Of a stretch of 64,000 nt of DNA, positions 1-10,800 are shown piece by piece. Numbering within the stretch: the first letter of the stretch is position 1; every line of letters starts with the position of its first letter. The notes below the pieces were generated by a model. It was not told the DNA's origin. It worked only from the letters and a program-made list of their open reading frames with translations, and searched no databases. This stretch comes from Octopus sinensis (Eukaryota): assembly GCF_006345805.1 (NCBI RefSeq), contig NW_021833418.1, positions 1 through 64,000 of the forward strand, written 5' to 3'. Position numbers and translations under genes: made by a program.

Positions 1-861
1 AAAAATACTTGAAGAAAATGAATTCACAGAAAACAAAATACTTCGACTTGCACCTTACAGTCCAATGTTAAATCCAATCGAACAAATATGGTCTAAAATG
101 AAAGCTTTTGTAAAAAGAAAAATGGCTGAAAATCTTGGGAATATCTTAGATGGAAATGAACCTGACTTGTCAAAAACAGAATTTCGGAAACAGAGATTGG
201 AGGATTTAATTAAACAATCGACTATCTATCGACTTTCCCGTTTGAGTTCGACAAGTCTCTGATATGGGATGCGACGTGTTCAGACACTTTCTCGGAGCTT
301 AATCTTCCTTCTTCAGCTGTCGAGGCTGGCTCAGTCTCTCGCAAAACCGAGAAGATGAAGATCGGAAAGTACAAGGAGCTCTCTGAACGATATCTGTTCA
401 CTCCTATCGCCGTCGAGACTTCCGTCGTCATTCCTTTTTGAAAAAGCTTGGCCGCATGATTTCCCATAAACGGGGAGACCCACGCGAGTCCAAGTGGCTT
501 CTCGAAAGGATTTCCTTGGCTATAGTACGTGGAAACTGTGTTTCCATTTACGAGGCCGGGAATTTAGTAAGTTAATAACTATTTTATTCTCTTTTTTTTC
601 TGGTATAAATGAAAATAGATATGATAATTAAACAATCTATGGACGAAGTTACTCCAAAGATTTGTGCTAAGTTAATAGCCAGAATCCAAGGACTATTGCC
701 TTCTTTATTAAATTACAAGGACGTAACATTTTAATTTTTTCGTTTGATATAAATGAGTCATCATTTTTTTCAAATATTTCAAAATTAACTTGGAAATCCC
801 ATATTGAATTTGGAAATTCCCACTTTGAACTTGGAAATCCCATATTGAACTTGGAAAGGTA
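1..861 (+). mobile_element. Tc1/IS630-family DNA transposon, right part (interrupted DDE transposase and right TIR)
   Basis: LAPYSPMLNPIEQIWSKMK motif. Right TIR ends ...TTGGAAAGGTA at 861 followed by TA. Full copy at 27821-29529. Confidence 0.9.
220..624 (+). mobile_element. 5'-truncated CRE-like non-LTR retrotransposon inserted in the Tc1 transposase
   Basis: Reads WDATCSDTF...KYKELSERYLFTPIAVETS...ISLAIVRGN (RLE endonuclease end). Flanked by the 13-bp direct repeat TAATTAAACAATC (207-219, 625-637). The transposase frame resumes after it (SMDEVTPK...). Confidence 0.85.
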
Positions 862-1399
862 TAGTATTGTCCATATTTTCTTAACATGAATCCGCCCCCT
901 TGTCTGAAGACTAAGCTATGGATAATGGATCTGGACAGTCGTGAGTTCGATTCCGAAGGAGGCTAGTTTTCATCCGGGGGTCAATTCTCGTTATCGTTCC
1001 CCTGCCCGTGAGGCAACGAGTACTTCTGGCACGACACAGTTGAAAAATGGGGATCTCTTACCTTCCTTCCGGTCTTAGCGTGGCGTATGGGGTCCACCAT
1101 GTCAGTTGGAACTTCCAATCGGATATGGCAACGCTCAGGAGGCACTTAATGCCCACCGAAAAAGGACTTCTAGATCTCAGACCCTGGGACATCGTCGTCT
1201 CAGGCCGTTCATGTGGGCAGGATCGAACCTTTCAGTAGTATCTCCCTCGCTTGAATCGGGAATCACGGGTATGTATAAATTTTTATTAAAACTGATAAAA
1301 TAATTAAATTTAAAGCAGCGTGATTTAATGCGTTAGGTGACACTTTCTATGGAAGAATTGGAAATTATCAGAGAATTCAAGTCCAATGAAGAGGACAAA

Positions 1400-2830
1400 T
1401 TCAAGTCCAATGACGGGCCCCTTGGGTACAGGGACAAATAGAAAGGTGTTTTCTGCATTAATTAATTTTAGATTTAATAAGAGTGTAAAAGGTTGGATTT
1501 CCTCCACCAGTGAATCAAAAAATTGTTTTGGACGTTATGTCAATATTATCAAAGATATTGTCGAGGATTATAATTACACTATTCACTCGACGACAAGGCA
1601 GATACCTTTCTTTCTGTTTATGGGAATCAAGAATTGCAATTCAGTCAGTGAAACACATCGAAAAGAGCTTATGGGGCATATAAGTCATATTATTTTTTAT
1701 TGGTCATATTGATGTTATTTCTATAATTAATAAACTATTATTATATTTTTTAATAGTTTTATTAATTTTTTTAGGTCTTATAGGTCATATTTTATGCCGT
1801 TAGGTCATATTATTTTTTAGGTCATATTTTTTTTGTTAGGTCATATTTATATTTATTAAATCATATATTTTTATTAATCTTTGTTTAAATTTTGACAATA
1901 ACACGTTTTCACACGTTTTGGTAGTTGGCCGCTTAAATATTATAGATTTTTACACGCCGAAACAAAAGCAATATAACAATCAAAAGTTAAATAAAATAAT
2001 TAAACGATACCCGTCTGAATTTCAGATTGATTCAGCTGGACGTTTATTTTGTTTGAAATGCTCAGTTTTTGTTAATTTTACGAAAACGTTTAATGTGGTG
2101 CAGCACAGGGAAACTACCCGGCATAAAAAGGAACAGACAAAATTTCAAACGCAACTCTTCTGAAACTTGAAGCAAAGAAAAATTTAGGAATTTGCTTAGT
2201 CGAAATGATGACGAAGGGGAATATACCTCTTTATAAAATAAGAAATGAACACTTTATTAACTTTTTTAATAATCTCGGATTTACTGTTCCCAGCGAAAGT
2301 TGGTGCAGAAATATAGTTCCAGATTTGCAATATCAATTGATTGAAATGCTTAAAACAATTATTTCTGGAAAAGATATATTCATACTTGTTGATGAAACGG
2401 AAATCAATAAACAGAAATTTAATATTTTTAAGTTATATTTTAGAATTTTAAAGTCATATTTTTTACGGTCATATTTAACTTTTTTAAGGTCATATTTCTG
2501 GTTGCCCTAGTGATGATACAGAAAAAGAGGATTTGGAAATGACAGTGATGACGAACTTGAGAAAAAGAGAAAGGAAGCTTTCAAAAACATTGTCTCTTGC
2601 GGTATAAAAATGAATAAAAAAAGAAAATGGAAAAACGATGAAGATAGGCCATCAGAAGGCGATCTTGTACTTCTACGTACAGATAATGACACCAATCGGC
2701 CAAGATATCCGTTATACGACGGAATTGATTCCAGCAAACACAAGATCATCAGTGTGAAAAACGATCAGTATTTTTTAAAGGGGGAAAATGGTGAGATTGT
2801 AGAAAATGTACACATCTCAAGACTTAAAAC
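1400..2830 (+). mobile_element. Degenerate retroviral-type integrase remnant, split by a hAT-like insertion
   Basis: IVEDYNYTIHSTTRQIPFFLFMG (end of integrase core, ~1560-1630). EGDLVLLR...VENVHISRLK (C-terminal SH3-like part, 2610-2830). Confidence 0.6.
1680..2509 (+). mobile_element. CGGBP1-like hAT element remnant
   Basis: Zinc-finger-like GRLFCLKCSVFV...QHRETTRHK and LVDETE. TAGGTCATATT subterminal repeats. Right end TGGTTGCCCTA is identical to the TIR of the element at 32400-33136. Left TIR not found. Confidence 0.65.
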
Positions 2831-2839
2831 AATTAAGAA

Positions 2840-3690
2840 ATGCCTTTCCTCGTTTGGAGTACGCACTTCTCCCTGTATCCGATTCCCGGATGCAGTCGGA
2901 GAATTCGATTCGCTGCTCAGGAATACTCTCGTTCAAATCTCAAACGTACATTTTGACGAAATGGGCTGGAAACAGGCTATCCTGCCTATCAGGCACGGGG
3001 CCGCAAAGGTCTACACCCGCTCTCCTGCCGCAAATGCCCTGGGAGGTTCCCCAGGCACGGACAGCTTAATTCCATAATAAAGCGTCTGCTCGAGGCAACC
3101 GGCATCCCGTGCCAGCTGGAGCCCTTTGGCCTTAACAGGGGCGATGGCATGAGGCCGGACGGCGTCTCGCTCTTCCCGTTCAAGTGCGGCAAAGCGATCG
3201 TCTGGGACGCGACATGCTCTGACACTTTTGCGTCAACATGCCTTCTCGCGTCCGCGATCGAAGCTGCCACAGCGGCGAGGAGGGCAGAGACCCGGAAGAA
3301 AGACAAGTACGCCTCGCTCGCCGACAGATTCCTCTTTGTGCCTGTTTCAGTCTAAACATCAGGCACATTCGGCCCAGCCACGCTACGTTTTCTCACCGAG
3401 AGAGGCCGTCACCTCGGGAGGATTAGATACGACCCCCGCGAGGTCAATCGGCTTTTTGAGCGCGTCTCAATAGCCGTACTCAGGGGGAACAGTTTCTCTA
3501 TTCTCTCTGCGGCTAGCAGCTGACTTCCTGTTCCATTATCTTTTCTATTTCGAAAAAAAAATTAAAAACCAAAAAAAGAAAAATATAAAAAAATTAAAAG
3601 AAAAAACAAAAAAATAAAGATAAAAAAAATAAAAAAAAAAAAAAAAAAAATTAAAAATAAAAAAACAAAAAAAGAAAAAAAAAGGAAATT
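2840..3690 (+). mobile_element. CRE-like non-LTR retrotransposon 3' fragment with A-rich tail
   Basis: WKQAILPIRHG; RPDGVSLFPFKCGKAIVWDATCSDT...KKDKY...FLFVPV; SIAVLRGN. A-rich tract at ~3550-3690. Confidence 0.8.
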
Positions 3691-3779
3691 AAAAAGGTGC
3701 AGGAAATGTAGGTAGTGTAGGCTTATGTAATGTCAGGGAAAATAAGATTAGTCATCAGTTGTCAGAAGATAATCAATCG

Positions 3780-4318
3780 ATTCGTCTCGATGAAAATAAG
3801 TTAAGTAAAGAGGTATTAATATTAGATTTATTTTTAGTGTATGGAAACGGATTACCTATTGAGAAACAAAGAATATTTGGAAAATACACAGGTTTTAGAT
3901 AATTTATGTAGCACGAAACGTAAAAAAGTTAGTGTAGAAAATAATAATTTTATACGATATAGTTTAGATGATATAAGTGTTAGTCTAGATAATAAATTTA
4001 AAATTAAAGTAAATAGTTCAAATGAGACGTTTTCGATCTCAAATTTTAGACGAGAAAAGAATAGATTGCGAATGGCTATGAAAAGGGCATCCGAGTCACA
4101 AGATCAAAAGGAACATCGACAAGAATGCAACAGATTAAGAGCAACTATAAGAAGGAGGCAAGAGACCGATGATATGAGGAATTTCAGAAAAGAACAAAAT
4201 AGGCGATAGAATAGGGTTACATTAAACCAGGTAGTTTTATACATCTACATAAACTTATAGTTGTTTGATGAAACAGGCCCTCCGCAGGAGCTAGGTCGCG
4301 GTGAGCGAAGCGAGCTAG
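3780..4318 (+). mobile_element. Possible non-autonomous Helitron remnant
   Basis: Charged RLRMAMKRASESQDQKEHRQ region resembles Helitron N-terminal repeats. GC-rich small hairpin ends in CTAG|T at 4315-4319. Confidence 0.4.
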
Positions 4319-4659
4319 TATTTTATAATTACTTAAAAGGTTCGCATTCAAAAAGATTATGGGACGAATCCTTCCTTGAGATTAACCAGGTTTGAACATC
4401 CATACGGGGATCCATTCACTATTGTTGCAAAATTGTCTAACAACTTTGTCAATGTGGAAAATAGTGATGGATCAGTAATGAAAGTACATGCCAAACGACT
4501 CAAGAAGTTAGATAACAGTCAGAAATAATAATTGTCCTTGATCTATCAATAAAATAAGTTATTTTGACATTGATTGAGTAAATTTGATTGGTCGCGTCTA
4601 GAGCTCGGTCGCTCGGCTCGCGACATAATATTTCGAATTGTTAGCAAAATTATATAAGA

Positions 4660-4850
4660 TTCAAATATCACAAAAGTATAAATAAGTAAAAAAGGAGATT
4701 AAAAGAAAAAAAATCGAAAAATATCACAAAAAATATAAATAATAAAAAAGGAGATTAAAGAAACAAGCTCGAAAAATATCACAAAAAGTATAAATAAGTA
4801 AAAAAAGGAGATTAAAGGAATAAAATCAAAAAATATTACAAAAATGATGA
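4660..4850. repeat. A-rich minisatellite, ~58-bp unit, about 3 copies
   Basis: Recurring AAATATCACAAAAAGTATAAATAAGTAAAAAAGGAGATTAAA. Also present at ~35780-35970. Confidence 0.8.
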
Positions 4851-5179
4851 ACTTTCAGATAATTAAATCATTAAAAGAAAATACATCTTGAATTATTCCT
4901 TCTGAATCCAATTAAGATAAAAAAATAAAGTGTAGCAAATAATTAAGAGAGCACCACAAGTAAATCAACAGCGTGCTCACACGTGTCTTAATTTATTAGG
5001 TATTAGGTTTACCATTTTAAAAATAAGATAATTAATAATAATTAATGAAAAAAACTTTATTTTTATTACAAAACAGTTTTGAATGTCAGTAATTCTCACC
5101 TTTAGAGAGAGCAAGGATCCAATAATAACCAGATTATTGAAAAAGGTTATTTAAAATCAATTAATCTTGGCTATAGCAA

Positions 5180-5320
5180 TTGGAAACTACTTCCGCCAAT
5201 TGAATGCTAAATTGGCAGCAAAGAGTGTATGCCCCCACCTCAGCTCAGAATTTGCTCCTTACCAACTCGGGGTGGGGATCGCCAACGGTTGCGAGTCCGA
5301 CATCGCCAATTTTTTTTTGT
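5180..5320 (+). mobile_element. CRE-like reverse transcriptase fragment
   Basis: LAAKSVCPHLSSEFAPYQLGVGIANGCE reading, typical of the CRE-clade RT region. Confidence 0.55.
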
Positions 5321-5699
5321 ATATCAATCCTCCCTGGTGACATAACTACCGAATTAGCAGTTATTTTGTTTTTTGCGGTGCAAGTGATTTCAATCTTCAT
5401 TGTTATTTCGAATTTGGTTGGAGCGATTTATGGTTTTATGCTTAAAAAGTTGAATATTTATATCATTTAATCTAAAAAAATATTGTTGTCACCACGCTTC
5501 GGAAAATAAGTGCAAAGTAACATATATTAGCAATAAAGTTTAACTCTGAAAAGAACACGTAATTATTAGTTATTCAATTTCCGTTTTTGTAATTTGTAGT
5601 ATTTTTTACATCAAACTCACCCTCTTAGGGCCCACGTATAATGCACCGATGGCCAGATTCATGTCAACGCAGAGTCTAGATTCAGGAACAAATGCCTAA

Positions 5700-6105
5700 G
5701 TGTCCCTAAAGTGGACCCGATCAAGTCCTCTTGAATGACCTACGAGCAAGGTGTGGAAAAATGGAAAACAATCATGACTTACGGAACCATAATGAAATAG
5801 TCAAATGTATCCATCTACACCTATGTAAAATCTATGGAATAGACAAGTCACAGGCTTTATTGATACAAGCGGAAGCTGAAAAGTCACAAGGCGACTTGTC
5901 GGTACTACAGACATCACATGTATTCTCCTAAGATTGAACCTTCTGTAGAGCCTATATCCAATCCGTCGTTCTGAGAAAGACTTTATTATGGCAGAAGCCT
6001 ATATCCAATCCGTCGTTCTGAGAAAGACTTTATTATGGCAGAAGCCTATATCCAATCCGTCGTTCTGAGAAAGACTTTATTATGGCAGAAGCCTATATCC
6101 AATCC
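5700..6105 (+). mobile_element. R4/Dong-like retrotransposon 3' fragments with a 47-bp tandem repeat
   Basis: RNHNEIVKCIHLHLC and AYIQSVVLRKTL match the C-terminus of the element at 42648-46185. 47-bp units start at 5950, 5997 and 6044, with a partial unit at 6091. Confidence 0.75.
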
Positions 6106-6340
6106 ATGTGAAGAAGACATTCAAAATAAAGAATGAACGACGAAAATCAACTTTAATTGACTTTTTCAGAGTAATTATATCCGTAATTAATAGTGGTTCT
6201 TTCCATTGACTTTTGTCAAGTATTTGATTCTTTAATACAATCTTCTCCTGAAGACAAAACAAATTAATGGTGTCTAAAGATTTTATAAATTGTGTGTTGT
6301 GTGTTTATTTAAATGGAATAAATAATATAGTCCTGGTGAT

Positions 6341-6931
6341 ATGTCGATTGTGCGACTGAAAAGTTGTGACGGTGAGATATTCCACGTACCCTATGACGTA
6401 ATATGCGTGTCGAACATGCTCAAGCGGATGTTGGATGGTAGTCCCCTGGCTGACCCCACTAGACCTGGGGATGATGAGTGAGGACGAGGCAGCCCTTCCT
6501 CTGCCAAATGTGACGGCAGGAATTCTGCGTCGAGTAGGTGAAGGGGGATATAGCTAGATCATAAACTGGTGTACGTATCACAAGGACGACCCAGTGCAGT
6601 CGGAGGCCACGAGTCGGTCGACGAGGACTGACGATATAATCCCCTACGACCTGGAATTCCTCAAAGTAGACCAATCCACGCTGTTTCGACTAATTTTGGT
6701 ATTTTGTGTGGCTGACGACAGGCTGCCAATTACTTGGATATTCAGCCTCTCCTGACGACGTGCTACAAGTACACTGCCAATATGATCAAGGGCAAGACGG
6801 CCGAGGAAATAAGAAGACACTTTAATATTAAAAATGACTTTACTCCCGAGGAGGAAGAACAAGTCACCCCTCCCTTCCATTCCTAGATTCGACGAGAAAA
6901 CAAATGGGCTGAATTTGATAAAAATTACTAA
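6341..6931 (+). CDS. SKP1: S-phase kinase-associated protein 1, 5 exons
   Basis: After removing GT-AG introns 6438-6462, 6534-6557, 6699-6721 and 6863-6886 (23-25 nt), it reads [14 protein letters not shown]...LPLPNV...AANYLDI...[33 protein letters not shown]. Confidence 0.95.
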
Positions 6932-7934
6932 TTTGTTGTCTTGTTTGTCTCCTTCATTCTCCGCTTGCCAAATAATCATAGTTTTAAGCCAATCAATTAG
7001 AAATCTGGGTATTTCCGATCATCAAATTTTTTTTTTAAAAATCAGATGTTCATATCCCAAATAGCTGAAGAGAAAGAACCACATACCATTCTAAAATTTG
7101 ACATAATAAAATTATTATTCGCGTGGATGTCACTACAGTTGTCTATATTCCACAGACAATATTTTGAACAATGATTATAGTTAACCCCGGGAAATTAACC
7201 ATTTAATTAATTTGAGTAAATATCGAATGGCGTCGTATTTTGAAGTTTGTTTAGTCATTGACATTTATTTTCCTTGTTTGCTTGGGAACCCTATTCTGTC
7301 TTATTATGTGAAATTGTTTATTTTCTGATCTGTCATTTGCTGCGTTCTTTTCTGCAGTTTTATAACTAAAACTTTCAACAATGATTTTGTAGTTATGAAA
7401 TCAAAGACAAAATTCTAAATTGCAACATAGTCAAAATTTCTTTTCAGAATAACCAATCGATATGATTCCAATAAATTATATTTAACGGACTCTGCCCTTT
7501 ATCTATAGGCCAACATGACGGGAGTAGTAAATGTCACGGACATCGAGAGGATGTCACAATTGTGGATGTTGTCGTAGATTGAAAACTATCACTCATGATT
7601 TAGACATAAATGAGGAATTAATGAGTATGGCTGCATTTAAAGGAAGACATGGTGCAGCACGACTATACTTAATTTTATAGCTATGTGAACAGTTCTACAA
7701 CTTATTTAACAAATTCACCTCAATTCATTATAATCTATACAAAAACAAAGAATCAACGATCAATATTATTGGTTTAATATTGTGGCTACATACTTGGTTC
7801 AGGTCGACAAAAGTTCTTGCTTTTCCTTTTTCTCATTGATAAACTTGTTAGAAGAAATGACTGCTAATTTAGTAAATTGATGTTTTCCGAATTGTCTATT
7901 GGCACAGAAATGGCGCAGGAGTAACGAAAGGATG

Positions 7935-7992
7935 CTAATTATGGGCAGATGTCTATTACAGTGTATATAACATGATGAGAAACATGACACTA
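7935..7992 (+). promoter_or_regulatory. Putative core promoter shared by the two peptide genes
   Basis: AATTATGGRCAGATGT, then TATATAA (7964-7970), then AGAAACATG. The same arrangement (TTTATAA at 8696-8702) precedes gene 2 with 22-23 nt spacing to the ATG. Confidence 0.5.
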
Positions 7993-8223
7993 ATGAAGTA
8001 TTTCCTGTTTATTGCATATGTTGCACTCGCATGCTCCAACATGGCAGGATTCGTTATTTATTTTTAGATACAAAACAAGACTGACGACACACAATCTCTC
8101 AAGGACAAACGAGCTTTAAGTTTTCTGGGGAAAATTTTTGGACCACTCATGAAAAAAATAACAGCACTTGGTAGAGGAAGTTCGGAATCTTCCGAAAGTC
8201 ATTGCCACGAGGAATATAACTAA
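7993..8223 (+). CDS. Secreted amphipathic peptide precursor 1 (antimicrobial/cytolytic-like), 68 aa
   Basis: Exon 7993-8043, 24-nt GC-AG intron 8044-8067, exon 8068-8223: MKYFLFIAYVALACSNM-IQNKTDDTQSLKDKR-ALSFLGKIFGPLMKKITAL-GR-GSSESSESHCHEEYN. The function is inferred from architecture. Confidence 0.75.
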
Positions 8224-8725
8224 CCTAATTCGTCTAACAATCTTATTTGTTCCTATATTTTCTGTTGTTTATTATCTTTTTAACGAACTTGATAAATTAA
8301 TTACTTGTATTAAGAAATCAAAGCGGATAGCGATATCTCTCACCACATCAAGGTAATTTTCTGTTCCAATTTTTTCCTGAAATAAACGCCCAGGTTTTAC
8401 AAATAAAATGTCGACAGTTTTTTTACCCAAAAAAAGACGTGATGAAACAAAACAAACGGTAATAAAGATGCACCTGATATACAATCTTAGATGGTGGAAT
8501 ATGCAGGAAGACAACTCAAATATAACCGTTGTGAATAAATGTGCACGCTGTGAAGAATGCGCACATTGAATAGTGAATGATAATGAGGAGTCTCTTTTAT
8601 TGAGTGTAACAGGCTGAATTAGTCAGTGCCGAGTGTACAAGCTAATTAGAGTTATAAATTATGGACAGATGTGTAACAAATGTGAACATTGTGCATTTAT
8701 AACATCGTTAGAACATGCGAGGGAA

Positions 8726-8919
8726 ATGAAGTATCTCATTCTGATCGCATGCATTGCAATGGCCTGTTCGAACATGGCATGATTCCGTACTTATCATCTT
8801 AGATTCAAGATGAGATTGAGGATAAACCAACTGTCAAAGAAAAACGAATTTTTGGGATATTTTCAATGCTGTGGGAGAAAATCAAAATGTTAAAAGATAA
8901 GATCTTTGGAAGACGATAG
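8726..8919 (+). CDS. Secreted amphipathic peptide precursor 2 (antimicrobial/cytolytic-like), 55 aa
   Basis: Exon 8726-8776, 26-nt GC-AG intron 8777-8802, exon 8803-8919: MKYLILIACIAMACSNM-IQDEIEDKPTVKEKR-IFGIFSMLWEKIKMLKDKIF-GRR-stop. Confidence 0.8.
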
Positions 8920-9037
8920 TAGTCGACAAATTTAATATACTAACCACTTTTCCTAAGCTTTAACACACTCATTTTATTCTTATTGTAATTAGAGTGGTTA
9001 TCCACTTGAACTTTTAATGACAATAAAATATATAGCA

Positions 9038-10565
9038 ATGAGTGTGTTGTGGACACGTTGTGTGCATCGTGAATTGGTGAGGAAAGTGGGGACAGGGAAC
9101 GTAGTACTGATAGACAGTGCACGGACTCCGTTCTGCAGGGCGGGGACAGACTTGAGAGACACAATGGGACATGAACTACAGAGCGCGGCGATAAGGAACG
9201 TGTTGAAGAAGACAGGAATAGGAAAAGGCAGGTGTGTGGGTAAAGTGTTAGAGGTGATCGAGTACGTGTGCGTGGGGACAGTAGTGCAAGAACCGAGAAC
9301 GCACAACATAGCGCGAGAAGTGGTGTGAGGTGTGAGAGTAGTAGTGTGTGCTGGGGGGAGGACTGTCAGTGCCGGGGCACACAGTGTCAATGGCGTGCAT
9401 ATCGTCGAACCAGGCAGTGGCGAGCATGGGGGAACTGATAAGGAGTGGGGCGTATAAAGCAGTGGTGGCCGGGGGAGTGGATATTATGTCGGACGTGCCC
9501 ATTCGCTACAACCGGACTCTGAGGAACACATGCTGGCCATGAACCAGGCCAAGAACAAATATATGAGGGCGCTGTGATGGCTGTGAGGCTACTGGACCCC
9601 ACTCAAGTGCTCAGTCCAGAGGTGGGGACGAGTGTGATATGGTAGCTGCCGGGGGTGGCCGAGTTCTCCACAGGGGAGACCATGGGACACTCGGCAGATC
9701 GACTGGCTGCAGCCTTTTCCATATCGAGGGAGGAGCAGGTGAGGACTGCTGTCGTGTTGTAGGACTGGTACGCCCACCGTTCCCACTCACTCGCAGCTAA
9801 GGCACAGGCGGAGAGGGCAACTGACGGACGTGCACGCGTATCAGAGTATGTCCATCTCCCCATGTCTTATAGCCAAGTCCACACTCACACCTGTGACAAT
9901 GGAGTCAGAGTGACCCCACTCGAACAACTGGCCACTCTCCCCCCCTCCTTCGTCAGGCCACACGGCACTGTCACTCCTGCCAACTCCTCCTTTCTCACCG
10001 ACGGGGCCTCGCCTGTCTCTCATGGCAGAGGACAGGGCATTGCAACTCGGACTCACTCCCAAAGCATATCTCCGCCAATATACTTTTTCTGCACAGGACC
10101 CCAAAGACGAGTTGTTGATGGGGTTCCTCCACTCACTCACTCTAGACCCGCCTACTCCATTCCACGCCTCCTCCACTCAACACGACTCCAATGGCCGACA
10201 TTGACGTTTTTGAGATACACGAGGCCTTTGCTGTACACATTCACATCACCCTTAGGGACAAGTTCTCGCCAATCTTAAGGACACTCTCTTCCGATTATTT
10301 CTGTCGGAGAGCCCACAACATGTCCAATGTAGTCTTTCTTCTCATGTAGGTTGGAAATATCCCCATTGATAAATTGAATTTGTGGGGGGGCTCCCTCTCC
10401 ATTGGACACCGTTCGGGGCCACCGGAGTCAGATTGCTTGCACATGCCGCCAACAGATTGATTGACGAGGACGGCACCTTCGCTTTGCTCTCTTCTGTGCT
10501 GCGGGGGGAACAAGTAAGCCACTTTCTCATTGTAGGGACATGCCATGTTGCTCGAGCGATATTAA
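9038..10565 (+). pseudogene. HADHB: 3-ketoacyl-CoA thiolase (trifunctional enzyme beta type), frameshifted copy
   Basis: Same gene as 40295-41826 but with multiple small indels (e.g. GAGGAACAC vs GAGGAAACAC, CTCCAATGG vs CTCCAATTGG, GGACACCGT vs GGACACCCGT). May be sequencing error rather than a pseudogene. Confidence 0.7.
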
Positions 10566-10699
10566 CCTACTCTCTAACATGTCTCACGTTTCCAATTAAC
10601 AGATTGTATTACGAATAGGGCAATAGGAGTTGTTAGGACTTGTCCAATATTAGTCAAGGTGAGAGTAAAGGTGGTGAGTAGAAACTAATCTGGCTGTGG

Positions 10700-10800
10700 A
10701 CTCAACTGTTCCTGAAGGACTCACAAAAGCTTACATTCAGTCGGTGGTTATGTGGAGAACATTGGAGAATATGCGTGCAGAAGATACGTTTGGAATAATC
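10700..10800 (+). mobile_element. R4/Dong-like retroelement C-terminal fragment
   Basis: KAYIQSVVMWRTLENM resembles RTYIQSVVLKRTLESM in ORF 42694..43134. Confidence 0.55.

Noticed and set aside
905-960. tRNA gene or tRNA-derived SINE (GTTCGATTCC box B at 945-954)
   Set aside because: No cloverleaf and no properly spaced box A. The motif is mutated in the duplicate (GTGTGATTCC at ~29613).
3550-3690. A-rich tract as an independent element or telomere-like repeat
   Set aside because: It directly follows the CRE-like stop codon and is best explained as a decayed poly(A) tail.
7531-7680. Third peptide gene upstream of the pair (MSRTSRGCHNCGCCRR...)
   Set aside because: It has no signal peptide or KR/GR architecture, and the frame is disrupted by indels in copy B.
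8053-8067. Alternative 15-nt GT-AG intron in peptide gene 1
   Set aside because: It is in frame but well below the 21-29-nt range seen elsewhere, and the equivalent choice is impossible in gene 2 because of an in-frame TGA. The shared GC donor is more parsimonious.
8168-8356. ORF-track protein MVEEVRNLPK... (and 39425..39613)
   Set aside because: It starts at a non-ATG codon and overlaps the end of peptide gene 1 in another frame. No motif supports it.
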